Part shown: positions 12,096 to 25,917 of the stretch, one piece after another
Layout: each line of letters opens with the position of its first letter
Position numbering within the stretch: the first letter of the stretch is position 1
NCBI RefSeq assembly: GCF_001194135.2
Contig: NC_068988.1
Location: 190,866 to 254,865, forward strand
Length of the DNA stretch: 64,000 nucleotides
Origin: Octopus bimaculoides
Taxonomy: Eukaryota
Direction of reading: 5' to 3'
Made by a program: the position numbers and the translations under genes
Notes under the pieces: model-generated
Told to the model about the DNA's origin: nothing
The model's database searches: none
What the model saw: the letters and a program-made list of their open reading frames with translations, nothing else

Positions 12096-12254
12096 CTCAA
12101 CAGGCGTTTTTTCAGCTTCTCTCTCCGAAATCCACTCACAAAGCTTTCATTGACCTGAGGTCATATATATATAGTAGAAGACACTTGCCCAAATGTATTT
12201 GGTCATTGAATATTGGGTTTGTGTAGGACAGAAAATATTCTTTAATATCCCAAG

Positions 12255-12452
12255 GTGGCGAGTTGGCAGAAATGTTAGCATACTGGGCGAAATGCTTAGC
12301 GGTATTTCATCTGTCTTTACGATCTGAGGTCAACTTTGCTTTGCATCCTTTCAAGGTCGATAAATTAAGTACCAGTTGTGTACTGGGGTCGATCTAATTG
12401 ACTGGCCTCCTCCCCAAAAATTTTGGGCCTTCTGCCTAGAGTAGAAAAGAGT
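12255..12452 (+). mobile_element. tRNA-headed SINE, family B
   Basis: ggtggcgagttggcagaaatgttagc head through ggccttctgcctagagtagaaaag tail. Confidence 0.8.
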
Positions 12453-13092
12453 ATATCCTTTAATTAAAATAAATTAGAAAGATTGAGTTCAGTACTGTTT
12501 TGATGTGTCTTTGTGTTGAGTTTGTCCCCCATTGTCATTTGTTTATGTCCTTGTAACTTGATGGTCTGGTCAAAGAGACCCATAGAATAAGAGCCAAACT
12601 TAAGACAAATACAGGAGTTGATTCATTTGACTAAATCCTTCAAGGTGATGCCCCAGCATGGCTGCAGTCCAATGACTGAAACCAGTAAAAGATAAAAGAT
12701 AATGAGGAAAATATTATATCAGGCTAATGATTGATAGATAACCTATCAATTTGGCCTTCTGTGACTCTTATTAACCTGATATCAATAAATACCTGATAAT
12801 TAGTTAAAAGTGCTACAATCTTGGTCCATGGGCCACTCTTTTCATTTTGCTTCAGATTAATACATTAAAGTTTGTCTTCCTTCTGCTGTTAATGTTTTTT
12901 TTTAATCGTCAACTAATTCCTTTCCTGCCAGTATGTGTCCTCTTGTCTCCATGCATATTTCAAGGTCTCTTCTCTCATCAGTTAATGTTGTGCATCCAAC
13001 GGTAAAGAAAAAGGAATTAAATCTAATGATTGTAATTATATCATAAACAAACAAACACATAAACATTATCATATATAACTTCATATACAACA

Positions 13093-13125
<33 letters not shown>

Positions 13126-13291
13126 CATGTGCAACTCTTAATTCATCCATGTTTTGCCTTTTCTCCATCTGTTTTCTCTCCTTATTTTCTTTCTGTAGAA
13201 GAGCCTAGGCTTGAACTGTCCAACACTCTTCCATTTTTTTCTGAGAGTTTAGACTAATACACTCTATTTGTTGTTCCCTCACTCGTCTATC

Positions 13292-13332
<41 letters not shown>

Positions 13333-13348
13333 TTTGGTACAATTTGGA

Positions 13349-13387
<39 letters not shown>

Positions 13388-13556
13388 CACCTAATCAACA
13401 TTGTATACAACACATTAACAACACCACATATATATATGTGTGTACGTGTGTATGTAAATATATCTTGAAGAGTTTGGTTGAACAAACAAAAATGTTAATA
13501 ATTTCCCAAAATTCTGATTGCCTCCTTACTATACAATATCTATACACCTCTTCAAA

Positions 13557-13592
<36 letters not shown>

Positions 13593-13599
13593 AATATAG

Positions 13600-13640
<41 letters not shown>

Positions 13641-13772
13641 GCTATATATACAATTTCTTATACAGCTTCAGTTTTATATGTGTTAGTGTGTGTTTTCATT
13701 TATGGCTTTTGTTTATTTTTTTTAAATTTTGTTTTCTGTTGTTTTGACACTTTTTTATTTTCATTCCAACAG

Positions 13773-13863
13773 GAAAGTTTAAAAGGTCCAGTTGTAAATA
13801 GTACATTGTATGACTTGGTGCCCGCTGCACCACGTATCAAAATACATCCTGCCGAAGCGGCAA
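13773..13863 (+). CDS. OSBPL9: OSBPL9 coding exon (variable linker)
   Basis: ccaacag|GAA...GCA A|gtaagt; ESLKGPVVNSTLYDLVPAAPRIKIHPAEAA; phase 0-1, compatible with neighbouring exons. Confidence 0.75.
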
Positions 13864-14221
13864 GTAAGTACCTTTTATCTCTCTCTCTNNNNNNNNNNNN
13901 NNNNNNNNNNNNNNNNNNNNNNNNNNNNNNNNNNNNNNNNNNNNNNNNNNNNNNNNNNNNNNNNNNNNNNNNNNNNNNNNNNNNNNNNNNNNNNNNNNNN
14001 NNNNNNNNNNNNNNNNNNNNNNNNNNNNNNNNNNNNNNNNNNNNNNNNNNNNNNNNNNNNNNNNNNNNNNNNNNNNNNNNNNNNNNNNNNNNNNNNNNNN
14101 NNNNNNNNNNNNNNNNNNNNNNNNNNNNNNNNNNNNNNNNNNNNNNNNNNNNNNNNNNNNNNNNNNNNNNNNNNNNNNNNNNNNNNNNNNNNNNNNNNNN
14201 NNNNNNNNNNNNNNNNNNNNN

Positions 14222-14285
<64 letters not shown>

Positions 14286-14681
14286 CAATTTGAACCTCTT
14301 TATTTGGTATCATTGTTCTACTAATATTATTGCATACACTTTTATGTGTTTATTTGTGATTGAATATATTCAAGTTAGCTTCTAGTTCAATATAAAAGAT
14401 TGGCCATTTTATTTAATGTAAAGAAGCACAAGGTTCTGTGAAGATTTGGTACCACTTGGAAGATGGGGTCTGACATGTGTTAACATAAAATCAGGATTAT
14501 CTCACATATAACCTTAAGGAATGGAGCAAACAGATCACATGTGCCTATGGCTTACATTTAGGTCAATTTAGGACTGTTTTTGATATTTGCTGAGTCAATA
14601 CCCAGGGTGGTCTCTGGTAATTACAATTAACAAATACAGAAAATAACAATAATAATAATTAGCAGTTTATCCAATGTAATA

Positions 14682-14917
14682 ATGATACCAGAAGTAATTG
14701 GTGCTCTCGGAAGTATCAGCACTCAACGACCAATTTGGCTCAAAAAGATTGGTACAAATGTAAAGGTAGACCACCTACAAAAATCAGCATTGCTTGGAAC
14801 TGCAAGAGTTCTCCTCAGGGTTCTTCAAGCAAGCAATCATGATCAACAAACAAGTGTTTCCTTAGTCTACTGGCAGCTGATTTTTCATCAAATAATAATA
14901 ATAATAATAATAATAAT
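14682..14917 (+). mobile_element. 3' fragment of an R4/Dong-clade (restriction-like endonuclease) non-LTR retrotransposon
   Basis: IPEVIGALGSISTQRPIWLKKIGTNVKVDHLQKSALLGTARVLLRVL fits the R4/Dong C-terminus (VIGALG...LQK.ALLGTARILR.VL); followed by (AAT)n. Confidence 0.75.
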
Positions 14918-15044
14918 CCTTTCTACTATAGGCACAAGGCCTGAAAGTTTGGGGAAAGGGGCTAGGTGCAATTCCATGATCATTCAAGACCGAAAGGGAT
15001 CTTTACCCTTTACATGACATCAGGTCAGCTATAAATCTATATGA

Positions 15045-15095
15045 CCGTCTTCATACCATCCAGAATCAAATGGAATTGCTGAAAGAATTGTGTGT
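15045..15095 (+). mobile_element. degenerate LTR-retrotransposon integrase fragment
   Basis: SYHPESNGIAER matches the integrase core motif (P)YHPQSNGxAER; stops on both sides. Confidence 0.45.
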
Positions 15096-16029
15096 TAAAT
15101 TTGGATTTTAGAATATTTGCCAGGAGACCGGAAATGGTTCTATTAATGCTTTTTTGAGTCATGTGATTTTGACATTTTGGACAATGCCCCACTCAGGACA
15201 ACTTCTGAGACCACCTACCTTAACCATCATCATCATTGTTATTACTTGATGACCATTTTCCATGCTGGCATGGGTTGGACAGTTTGATGGGATCCAATAG
15301 ATCTGAGAGCTGCATTGTGCTCCAGTGTCTGTTCTGCCATCGTTTGGTTTCTAAAGCCGAATGTCACTCCTAATGGACCCAAATATAATTAACCATAACT
15401 GTGTCCTATGAAACCCCAGCTCTAGTTTCATATCAACAGAGAAAAACTGATGGGCTTTTAACAAACAGACTTCGATTTAAAGGAGGCAATAAAACAGCTG
15501 TGATATTTCAGAGGGGACAAAAGGTATTTCATCTCAGAGAGATTAAATAAACAATGGGCGTGTCACTAAGAACTTTCCTTCATAACCACATGATTTCAGG
15601 TTCACTCCTCCCACATGGCACCTTGGACAATATCATAGTCCTGAGTCAACCAATGCCTTGTAAGTGTATTTGGTAGGTAGAAAATAAAAGAAACCATGTG
15701 TGTGTGTGTGTTTTATCATTTAAGATCCATTTTTCCCCATGCTAGCATACAAAGGGCAATTTGACAGGGTTCAGGGGACTGCTTTGTGCTCTTAATGTCT
15801 ACTTTGACTTACTTTCTACGATTAAATGCTCTTCTAAATGTGACCCACTTTACAGAGTGTTCTGGGTGTTTTTTTTTTTGTTTTTTTTTTTTTGTGGCAC
15901 CACCATTAGTGAGGTTGCCCTGTAACTTTCAAGGCTGAAGAATTGCTCTTAACTAGTTTGGAGTATAGTTGAGAGGGAGGTTGTTTTATACAAAGTGTTG
16001 ACTGGGTAAAGTGTTATTGAAGGAGCTGA

Positions 16030-16260
16030 AACAGATTTTTTTGTTACTTAAGAAATACATGCCTAGCCCACATTATGAGGTTGGGAGGTGGGGAATAATG
16101 GGGGATAAAGCTGGAAAGAGAGTTAAAGATAATATTGTATACCCTGCAGGTACAAGAAGGTGAATAGAAAAGAGTATGGGATGTGGGGGTGAATGTAATG
16201 GAGGAGTTGGCAATGGTAAATGTAAGCTTGTGGGAGGTGATGGATGTCAATAGAAGTGGC
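16030..16260 (-). mobile_element. possible decayed Penelope-like RT fragment
   Basis: HKLTFTIANSSITF...TPTSHTLFYSPS loosely resembles the PLE RT segment HP.L.FT..IS..SVTFLD...KPTDSHSYL.YSS; weak, by-eye match. Confidence 0.3.
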
Positions 16261-17650
16261 TCAGGGGAGAGGAAGCTATGACTGGCAATACAGAAAATAG
16301 GAAGAGCAGCAGAGTAATAGTGATAATAATACAGTAGATAGGGAAAGGATGAGAGACAGGAAGGTGTTGGGCAGAGTAGAGGGATGGGGGTGAGAGTTTT
16401 CTTGTGACGGGGGGGGGGTGCAACCAGGAGGGAATGCAGTGACAGGCAAAGAAAGGTGAGGAGGAGGTTGAGGGTTAGTTATGAGATGTAGGTGTGAAAA
16501 GGAAGAGGTTGCAGGGGAGAGAAAGAGGAGACTGGTAGCACAGAAAGAGTAGTCAAAGGAAACTATGAATGGGAAGGAATAATGTCGAGAAGAAAGGCTG
16601 AGCGTCAAAAGAAAGTCTTTGGTGAAGAGAGCGAGAGAGAGGTAAGTGGTAAGACTGAAAAATGTAGTTCTGCTTTAAATGACAGCTGTAGAATAATGCA
16701 GTAACCAAAGTAATGAAGAGATGAATGATAGAAAGATGGATGGGGGGGGGGGGATATGGAAGGACAAACTGGGCGAGGGTATCATGTGTGTATACACACA
16801 TTATGCATCCAGAACTTCAGTTTCATCGTAATGTGGCTCTTCTCAAGCACCACATATTGCCACTTATCTTGGTCCTTTGTCGTCTCCTCCATGAGGCTTG
16901 AAACCCTGAGCTCAACTATCACTGCTTTGCCCCACATTTTCCCGAGTCTCCCACTTCCACAGGTTCCATCCACATTAAGTAATTGGCCCTTCTTCGTACA
17001 GCTCCTTTACTCCACATCATCATCACTTAACATCTGCTTTCCATGCTGGCATGGGTTGGATGGTTTTAACGGGAGCTGGTGAGCCAGAGTGCTGCACCAG
17101 GCACCAGTTATCCATTTTTGCATGGTTTTTACAGCTAAATTGCATTTCCTACCACTGTACTGGATGCTTCTTGCATGGCACCAGTAAGACAAAGACCACT
17201 TAGCTGAGAGAGAGAGAGAGAGGGAGTGGAGCTGATGGAAGTGGTTGTGGTGCCAGGCAAGAGGTTAGGGTATGAGAGAGGGGGACAGACAATGTTTTTA
17301 TTATAAGAGGAAATACTTGGCTAACCACATTTGTCACGTTTCTATTTGGCCATAGCAACGCAACAACCAGTAAAGTCTGCAGAACTACAGAAACAAACTT
17401 TAGTGAAGATATGTGATACAAAGTGTAAGGTCAGCAGACTGCAGACATGGCAGTAATTCCTCAGTGTCTGCTGTATTAGATTACCATTTTATTGTCAATT
17501 TTTTCATGTGGTGGTATTAAATGAACTATTTAACACCCACACTCTCTCACTTATTTATAAGATGATACACGCACACACACACACACACACACAGACACAC
17601 ACACACACACACAGACACACACACACACACACGTGCGCATGGGTGTGTGG

Positions 17651-17955
17651 GAAGCACTTTGCCTCCCGATCACATGGTTCCAGGTTCAGTCCCACTGCAT
17701 GGCACCTTGGGCAAATGTCTTCTACTATAGCATTAGGCTGACCAAAACCTTGTGAGTAGATTTGGTTGACGGAAACTGAATGAAGTTCATCGTACATATA
17801 CATAGATAAATATGTATATTTGTGTGTGTGTGTTTGTACTCCCACCAACACTTGACAACCAATGTTGGTGTGCTTATGTCCCCATAACTTAGCAGTTCAA
17901 TAAGAGACCGGTGCTCCAGCATGGCCGCAGTCAAATGACTGAAACAAAGAAAAGA
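17651..17955 (+). mobile_element. SINE family A, internally deleted
   Basis: catggttccaggttcagtcccactgc head and ccagcatggccgcagtcaaatgactgaaac tail. Confidence 0.75.
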
Positions 17956-18000
17956 ATATATATATATATATATATATATATGATGAAACAAATAAAAGAA

Positions 18001-18036
<36 letters not shown>

Positions 18037-18557
18037 TAAGGTTCCTTCCCAAATCATGCCAACACTTAAGGGCCAGTTTCCCAATTTGCATGACATATAA
18101 ATTCCCCACCTGGATGGGATGCCTGTCCATCACAGATTCAACTCATTTTTGCCAGTTGAGCAGACTGGAGCAACATGAAACGAAGAACACAACACGTTGC
18201 CTGGTCAAGGAATTGAAACCACAATCTTACAATCATGAGTCCAGCACCCCTAGCCACTTAGCCACATACCTCCACACATATATATATACACACAGATATA
18301 AAACAATTACAGTTGTCACTAAAGTGATGAAAGGTGCTAGTAGGCACCAGCATTGCTAGAAATAAGAGTCAAAATAGCTCTTAGCCATGTGAGAGCACTT
18401 TCCTAATGGCTAACAAGGGAGACAGGCTCTCTCCCTAGGACAAGCAAGGTGGAATCATATCAACACTGATTTCAGATTTAATCAATCTCCATTACTCCAA
18501 TGCTTAAGGTTACAGAACAACTGATTTCGAAAATGGTGAAGTGAGAATTATGAATTA

Positions 18558-20180
18558 CTTGCAGGCGTACCCGGTGTTGCTCGGGTATTAAATATTCAGC
18601 AATGGTCTTAATAGGTTCTACCATTTTTTTCCGTTGTCCATCTCTTTGAGTATTTTTTGCATTAAGTTGCAAATATTGACATTGAGGAAGAAGTGGCATT
18701 TATTAGTTGAACAACCAAACGCCGGAGGAAGTGCTCGTAATTCGGGTAATGGTTGTGGAGGGAAATGTTTATAAATCGCACAATGTCTTGCCATCACAGG
18801 CATTTTATCCTATTAGATTGGTGTTGAGAGGATATCGTCTAATTATGGGGGGGATTGGTGTGAACGGGAGGGGGGACTAAGTGCCATTAGTCATTTTTGC
18901 ACTCGAAGGAATAAGTGGGAGTGGAAGGTTGACCTAGACCTAGCCCTCTGCAAAAAGGTGAAGTTGTTGGAGGGGGAGGAGTGTCCATGTTTTGCAGTGT
19001 TCTGTAGAACCCAGATGCACAGGGACAAAGAAGAAATAATTTCCAGAAATGATATGACATAGCAGTTCTTTGCAACAAAAAGCAAAAGAAATTGGACATT
19101 CCTTGAAACAGCTTTCTTGGGTGTAACTCTGCAAAAATGTGAAACGGTACTGTTTCACAGTATTTTGTAGATCTGTCACAAGTTAAATAAAGAATATTAA
19201 CCAAAGATAGNNNNNNNNNNNNNNNNNNNNNNNNNNNNNNNNNNNNNNNNNNNNNNNNNNNNNNNNNNNNNNNNNNNNNNNNNNNNNNNNNNNNNNNNNN
19301 NNNNNNNNNNNNNNNNNNNNNNNNNNNNNNNNNNNNNNNNNNNNNNNNNNNNNNNNNNNNNNNNNNNNNNNNNNNNNNNNNNNNNNNNNNNNNNNNNNNN
19401 NNNNNNNNNNNNNNNNNNNNNNNNNNNNNNNNNNNNNNNNNNNNNNNNNNNNNNNNNNNNNNNNNNNNNNNNNNNNNNNNNNNNNNNNNNNNNNNNNNNN
19501 NNNNNNNNNNNNNNNNNNNNNNNNNNNNNNNNNNNNNNNNNNNNNNNNNNNNNNNNNNNNNNNNNNNNNNNNNNNNNNNNNNNNNNNNNNNNNNNNNNNN
19601 NNNNNNNNNNNNNNNNNNNNNNNNNNNNNNNNNNNNNNNNNNNNNNNNNNNNNNNNNNNNNNNNNNNNNNNNNNNNNNNNNNNNNNNNNNNNNNNNNNNN
19701 NNNNNNNNNNNNNNNNNNNNNNNNNNNNNNNNNNNNNNNNNNNNNNNNNNNNNNNNNNNNNNNNNNNNNNNNNNNNNNTTGCAAATATGCGAAAAACCAA
19801 TTTTTTTAAAAAGAAGTTTTTCACAATTTTCTTGGGAATCAGAGGCCCCCAAGGCAGTGCTAAAATATTTGTCTGAAATGTCGCATGATGGTCCTTTTGA
19901 GACCAAAATTATAAAAATCGGACATTCCTGTAAAAACTTTTCTTGCATGCAACTTTTGCCTTTCTTTTGTGAAAAGTGGGGGGGAGGGTCCCTTCAGTTT
20001 TATCGATTTTTCTCTTAGAAGTGGGTATTCTCTAGGCATCGGTAATGCAGCAGTGACCTGCCTGGGTAAATTTGCCATTTAATAAAACAAATTTCATCAA
20101 AATTGGATGAAAAATGTGGAAATGCATAAAAAGCATACACACACACACACACACACAGACATTTTGAGTTGTTTTATAGA
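18558..20180 (-). mobile_element. probable non-autonomous Helitron (spans an N gap)
   Basis: on the minus strand: A|TCTATAAAA 5' end at 20180, subterminal hairpin TACCCG-GTGTTGCT-CGGGTA (18568-18587), end CAAG|T (one mismatch to CTRR), AT target. Confidence 0.5.
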
Positions 20181-20623
20181 TATAAAGGTGGTTATTTGCA
20201 ATTTCGAACCAATAGGCAACAGGTACAGTTGTCACTGAAGTGTGCTGTCACTTGGCTAAGAGTTATTTTGACAACTGTACTAAATTGCGAATAGCAACCT
20301 TGGTAATGTTATAGATGTTCATTCTTCCTTGTCGTGGAGAAAGGATGTACTTTGATTTCTTATCTGTCATTACTTTAATCTGTGTTTGTGGGAGTGGTGG
20401 GAGAGGTGTTTTGTAAGAGGAGGAGATTGAAAGGGATGTTGGCATCAAGAAAGGCATTCGGTGAGGTATAAAGAGCTGCCTCAGAAAGTGGACTGCAAGG
20501 AGTACAATTAGAAGATTGTTGTCAGGCTTGCAATACAGACCTCTACTTTGGCAGTGCAATTGCATAGAAACATTTTAATGGGTGTGTGTGTGTGTATGCA
20601 AACATACACATGTGTTTATGTAG

Positions 20624-20693
<70 letters not shown>

Positions 20694-21334
20694 GTTCAAA
20701 AAAACACAAAAAACAATAACAAAAAAACAACAAAGTGAGGACGTGATACGGATAGTGTTATTGGACGCTCGGGAAAGGAAGGAGAGAAAGTATGACGTTT
20801 TGGGCGGAGCCCTTCATCGGAAAGACAGAAAGTTCGGAGAAGAGGAAAATGGCACCGATGCCCACAAGGTTACATTGTGAGGAGCTTTATTGTTCCAAAG
20901 TAAACATAACAAGCTAATAAGTATCATAAATCGTTAATAAGCAAAATCGTATATGAGTACAAGTGTTTCCTCTGCCAAAGATCAATGAAACACACACACA
21001 CACACGTTCATCTTATCTTATTTTTGTCAATATCTCGGCTTCTATGTATTTATGTATTTTTAGTTTTAAACCTGGTCTTCATCCCAAATTAGTAACATGG
21101 AAAGACTACAGGGTCTCTAAATACAGACACATTTTTTCTCTTTTGAAGTTGCGAAGAGATTTTAGAACAGAAAAAGTTTTAATAATATTTAAATAATAAT
21201 AATATTTTAGATAATAATATTTAAATAATAATTTCTCTATATTTTCAGTTATATAAATATTTCAAATAAAAGATGGAGCCGTATTGCAGAATATACTGTA
21301 ATGGTCCCTGGAAGACTTTGCTCTTCTGCCTTTC

Positions 21335-21714
21335 ATGTTTTACTCGTTTCAGTCATTAGACTGTGGCCATGCTGGGGCACCACTTTGAAGAATTTTTAGT
21401 CGAATGAATCGACCCCAGTACTTTTTTTTTTGTTTAAGTATGCTACTTATTTTATCAGGCACTTTTACTGAACTGCAAGATTACATTGACATAAACAAAC
21501 CAACACCAGTTGTCAGGTGATGGTGGTGGGACAAACACAGACACACACACACATAGTGGGCCTTCAGTTTCCGTCTACCAAATCCACTGACAAGGCTTTG
21601 GTCGGCCCAAGGCTATAGTAGAAGACACTTGTCCAAGGTGCCACACAGCGGTATTGAACTTGGAGCCATGTGGTTGGGAAGCAAACCTCTTACCGCACTG
21701 CTACACTTGTGCCT
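21335..21714 (-). mobile_element. SINE family A
   Basis: reverse complement of the 22409-22777 family. Confidence 0.8.
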
Positions 21715-21917
21715 TACGATCTTCACAAATCAAAGACAGTCCAGTCATAATCCTCTCCTTTTTTCTCTCCTCTACATGTCGGAAACACACGACCACATTG
21801 TTCAAATTGCCCTTTTTTTTTTTTACTTTCTTGGTGCAAGACAATTGGGTATGGTATTTGAGCAATTTGGCTACTCTTTCTAGCTGCCTCACTCACTGTG
21901 TTAAAGGTCTTTCTCTC

Positions 21918-22042
<125 letters not shown>

Positions 22043-22408
22043 GGTTTGTCATATTTCAAAATATTTTATCAGGTGACAACAATCACACGTAATAGTCCGT
22101 GATCACATTCAAAAACAAAATCATCCACTTAACCAACCCACATAATATAAACCAGACCATTTTCCCTTTAGAAAGCTTTGTTATTTGTAACGACCCAATA
22201 AATAAAGTACATGTGTTTTTCTTTTCTGCAGTTTTCTTTGTTTATTTCTGTCTTTAAGCTGGTCTGGTGATATTCAGTTTCAGTTATGTAAACTTTATTA
22301 ACCTGAATGAACTGACTTCCTTCGATGGTTGTTAGTATCTGCTGAGGCGAAGTGCCACTAAGTTCACCTTTCTCCAGGAACCGATTTGGGTTTCTGTTTC
22401 ATGTATAT

Positions 22409-22777
22409 AGGCGCAGGAGTGGCTGTGTGGTAAGTAGCTTGCTCACCAACCACAGGGTTCCGGGTTCAGTCCCACTGCGTGGCACCTTGGGCAAGTGGGC
22501 CGACCAAAACCTTGAGTGGATTTGGTAGATGGAAACTGAAAAGAAGCCCGTTGTGTATATGTGTGTGTGTGTATGTTTGCGTGTCTGTGTTTGTCCCCCA
22601 CCATTGCTTGACAACGGATGCTGGTGTGTCTACGTCCCCATAACCTAGCGGTTCGGCAAAAGAGAACGATGGAATAAGTACTAGGCTTACAAAGAATAAG
22701 TTCTAGGGTCCATTTGTTCAACTAAAGGCGGTGCTCCAGCATGGCCACAGTAAAATGACTGAAACAAATAAAAGAAT
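22409..22777 (+). mobile_element. tRNA-headed SINE, family A
   Basis: aggcgcaggagtggctgtgtggtaag (A-box-like) ... ccgggttcagtccc (B-box-like), central (TG)n, conserved tail. Confidence 0.88.
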
Positions 22778-25240
22778 ATAATGTCTTTATTCATATAAAA
22801 GTTATTCCCCTAATTTAGTGCGAAATCTTGATACAGAATTNNNNNNNNNNNNNNNNNNNNNNNNNNNNNNNNNNNNNNNNNNNNNNNNNNNNNNNNNNNN
22901 NNNNNNNNNNNNNNNNNNNNNNNNNNNNNNNNNNNNNNNNNNNNNNNNNNNNNNNNNNNNNNNNNNNNNNNNNNNNNNNNNNNNNNNNNNNNNNNNNNNN
23001 NNNNNNNNNNNNNNNNNNNNNNNNNNNNNNNNNNNNNNNNNNNNNNNNNNNNNNNNNNNNNNNNNNNNNNNNNNNNNNNNNNNNNNNNNNNNNNNNNNNN
23101 NNNNNNNNNNNNNNNNNNNNNNNNNNNNNNNNNNNNNNNNNNNNNNNNNNNNNNNNNNNNNNNNNNNNNNNNNNNNNNNNNNNNNNNNNNNNNNNNNNNN
23201 NNNNNNNNNNNNNNNNNNNNNNNNNNNNNNNNNNNNNNNNNNNNNNNNNNNNNNNNNNNNNNNNNNNNNNNNNNNNNNNNNNNNNNNNNNNNNNNNNNNN
23301 NNNNNNNNNNNNNNNNNNNNNNNNNNNNNNNNNNNNNNNNNNNNNNNNNNNNNNNNNNNNNNNNNNNNNNNNNNNNNNNNNNNNNNNNNNNNNNNNNNNN
23401 NNNNCATTCTGGGTTCAAATTCTATTGAGGTCGACTTTGCCTTTCATCCTTTTGTGGGGTTGATGAAATGAGTACCAGTTGACTACTGGAGTCAGTGAAA
23501 TTGACTTAGCCCACCCCCAAATTGCTGGCCTGGTGCCAAAATTTGAAATTAATAAATGTTAGAAGGCAAGGTGGACAAAATGCCTGGCAGTATTTCTGCC
23601 AGCTTTGCTACATTCTGAGTTCAAAATCTGCCCAGGTCAACTTTGCTTTTCATCCTTCAGGGGTCAACAAAATAAAGTACTAGTCGACCTCAATAGAATT
23701 TGAACCCAGAATGAATGAGATACCGCTATGCATGTTACCTGTAGGGTAACAGTCCTGCCATGTTGCTGCCTCTCAGCCCTGTCGCATTATATTAACATGA
23801 AATTTTGATTTAGATCACTTGAAAAACAGAAAAAAAAAAGGGGTGGGATTTGTATCATAGAATTAGGGGCAGTCTCTGCTGTGTTGGTATGAAGATGGTT
23901 AAAGGATAAAAATGAATATCTGAATCACAATATTTTCCTGTTCTATATAGAGTTAGAGATGGCCTTTTGTCATTGTTTTTTTGTCGTATTAATAGTGTGT
24001 TGGTTACTACTATGTACAGGACTTGTAAAAGTAGTTCACTCTAATTGTCAGTAAAGCTGAACCTTTGTCAGGCTATAGTACTTTGTTGCTTGGTTAGTTT
24101 TCCTTGTATTATACTCTCATTTTTATTATTCTCATTCTGTTTTTCACAACCTTTCCACTCTTACCTATTTATTCTTCTTGGCTCTATCGTTCGTTTTTTT
24201 CTTTCTTTCTGTAAGACTAACACACAATACTGTGTGATAGACAGTAAATGGTTCAATAATAATAATAATAATAACAATAATAATATGTAGAAATTAACCA
24301 TGTTGATATCAGCTCACCTGTGGCTGCTCATACAAATGTATTCATATTTAAATTAAAATCTCATGATAAAATGAATGGAAACGCGAGCTTTCAGTTTGTC
24401 AACACCAGCATGATACACATGCACACACGCACACGTGTATTTAAAGTTACAGATATTTACTAAAAAGTCTTCTGAAAGCCTTGGTTATATTGATATTTAA
24501 TTGAAGTATAAGTCGTTAGATGTATACAATCATGAGAGGCTTAAAGAATTACGGATCAATATTTTTACACGGACAACCATTTTATTCTTTTATGGAACAA
24601 TGTAACTCAATGCAGATAAAGCTATGAAGAATAGCATGTAAGCATTAGCTTTAAAAATACTCTTTGGATAGAAAGAGTCAAATGCTGCTTTGAAGTTGTG
24701 AGAATTAATCTCTTACAATTAAACTTCCCTTTCTCATGGGTGTGAGTAGTGAGTATACTTTCATTTTTTTGTCTAAAAAAAAACTGACATTTTACTCGCC
24801 CTAATCTTGTGGCTGGTTCTTTTATACTTTATTTTTTACTTATCATATAATTCAATATCACATTTCACAACATAACACCTCATTTGTAACGTATGCCATC
24901 TTTCCATACCATTATCTCCAGGGGCCATCGTTTTCACTATTCATTCTTCTCTCCGGAAGGATTATGTTACACCTAAATCCCTCCACCATTCACCAGTTGT
25001 TCTCTTCTAAATCTTTCTTCTTAATCCTTTACACACAATAAATATATAACCCATGTCTTTATGAAATGATGGTACTTCTTATCAAAGTAAAATAAATTGA
25101 CATTGTTTTAAATTATACTTTTCTGAAATCGTTATCTTAATTACAATTCTTAATTATAGTTCTGGTGTGACTTTGTTGTTCATGCATACTGCAAATGTAA
25201 ATGAACTGTCGTTTTAATATTTGAACAAAATAATAATAAT

Positions 25241-25460
25241 CTTTTCTGCTATAGGCACAAGGCCTGAAATTTGGGGTGGGTGGGGGATTAATTGATTACA
25301 TCGATCCCAGTGCATAACTGGTACTTATTTCATCGACCCCCCGAAAGGATGAAAGGCAAAGTTGACCTCGGCAGAATTTGAACTCAGAATGTAAGGACGG
25401 ACAAAATGCCATTAAGCATTTAGCCCAGTGTGCTAACGATTCTGCTGGCTTCCCACCTTT
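25241..25460 (-). mobile_element. SINE family B
   Basis: full reverse-complement copy flanked by (AAT)n. Confidence 0.82.
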
Positions 25461-25504
25461 ATAATCATAACCATAATAATAATAATAATTTGAGTGGCTG
25501 TGAT

Positions 25505-25917
25505 AGACGCAGGAATGGTTGTGTGGTAAGTAGCTTGCTTACCACCCACACGGTTCCAGGTTCAGTCGCATTGCGTGGCACCTGGGGCAAGTGTCTTCTA
25601 CTATAGCCTTGGGCTGACCAAAGCCTTGTTAGTGGATTTGGTAGACAGAAACTGAAAGAAGCCCATCATATATATGTATATATATATATGTGTGTGTATG
25701 TATATGTTTATGTGTCTGTGTTTGTCCCCCCCCCCCACAACATCGCTTGACAATCAATGCTGGTGTGCTCACATTCCTGTAACTTAGCGGTTCGGCAAAA
25801 TAGACCAATAGAATAGGTACTAGGCTTACAAAGAATAAGTCCTGGGGTCAATTTGCTCGACTAAAGGCAGTACTCCAGCATGGCCACAGTCAAAATGACA
25901 AACAAGTAAAAGAATAA
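25505..25917 (+). mobile_element. SINE family A
   Basis: full-length, same blocks as 22409-22777. Confidence 0.88.

Noticed and set aside
13518-14385. Long ORFs spanning N gaps (also 18887-19948, 22802-23471, 27632-28325, 31872-32479, 54907-55495)
   Set aside because: Their length comes from X runs and flanking microsatellites; only the 13773-13863 exon inside is real.
20791-20824. Hammerhead-like motif on the minus strand (CCGATGA-A-GGGC/GCCC-AAAAC-GTC)
   Set aside because: Two core substitutions and no helix I pairing; probably a Penelope-like remnant related to the 1081 and 56221 copies, not a functional ribozyme.
23404-23714. Identical 32-bp inverted duplication of a SINE-B segment (from 23404 and ending about 23713)
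   Set aside because: One arm starts exactly at a gap edge; likely mis-assembly rather than biology unless long reads confirm it.
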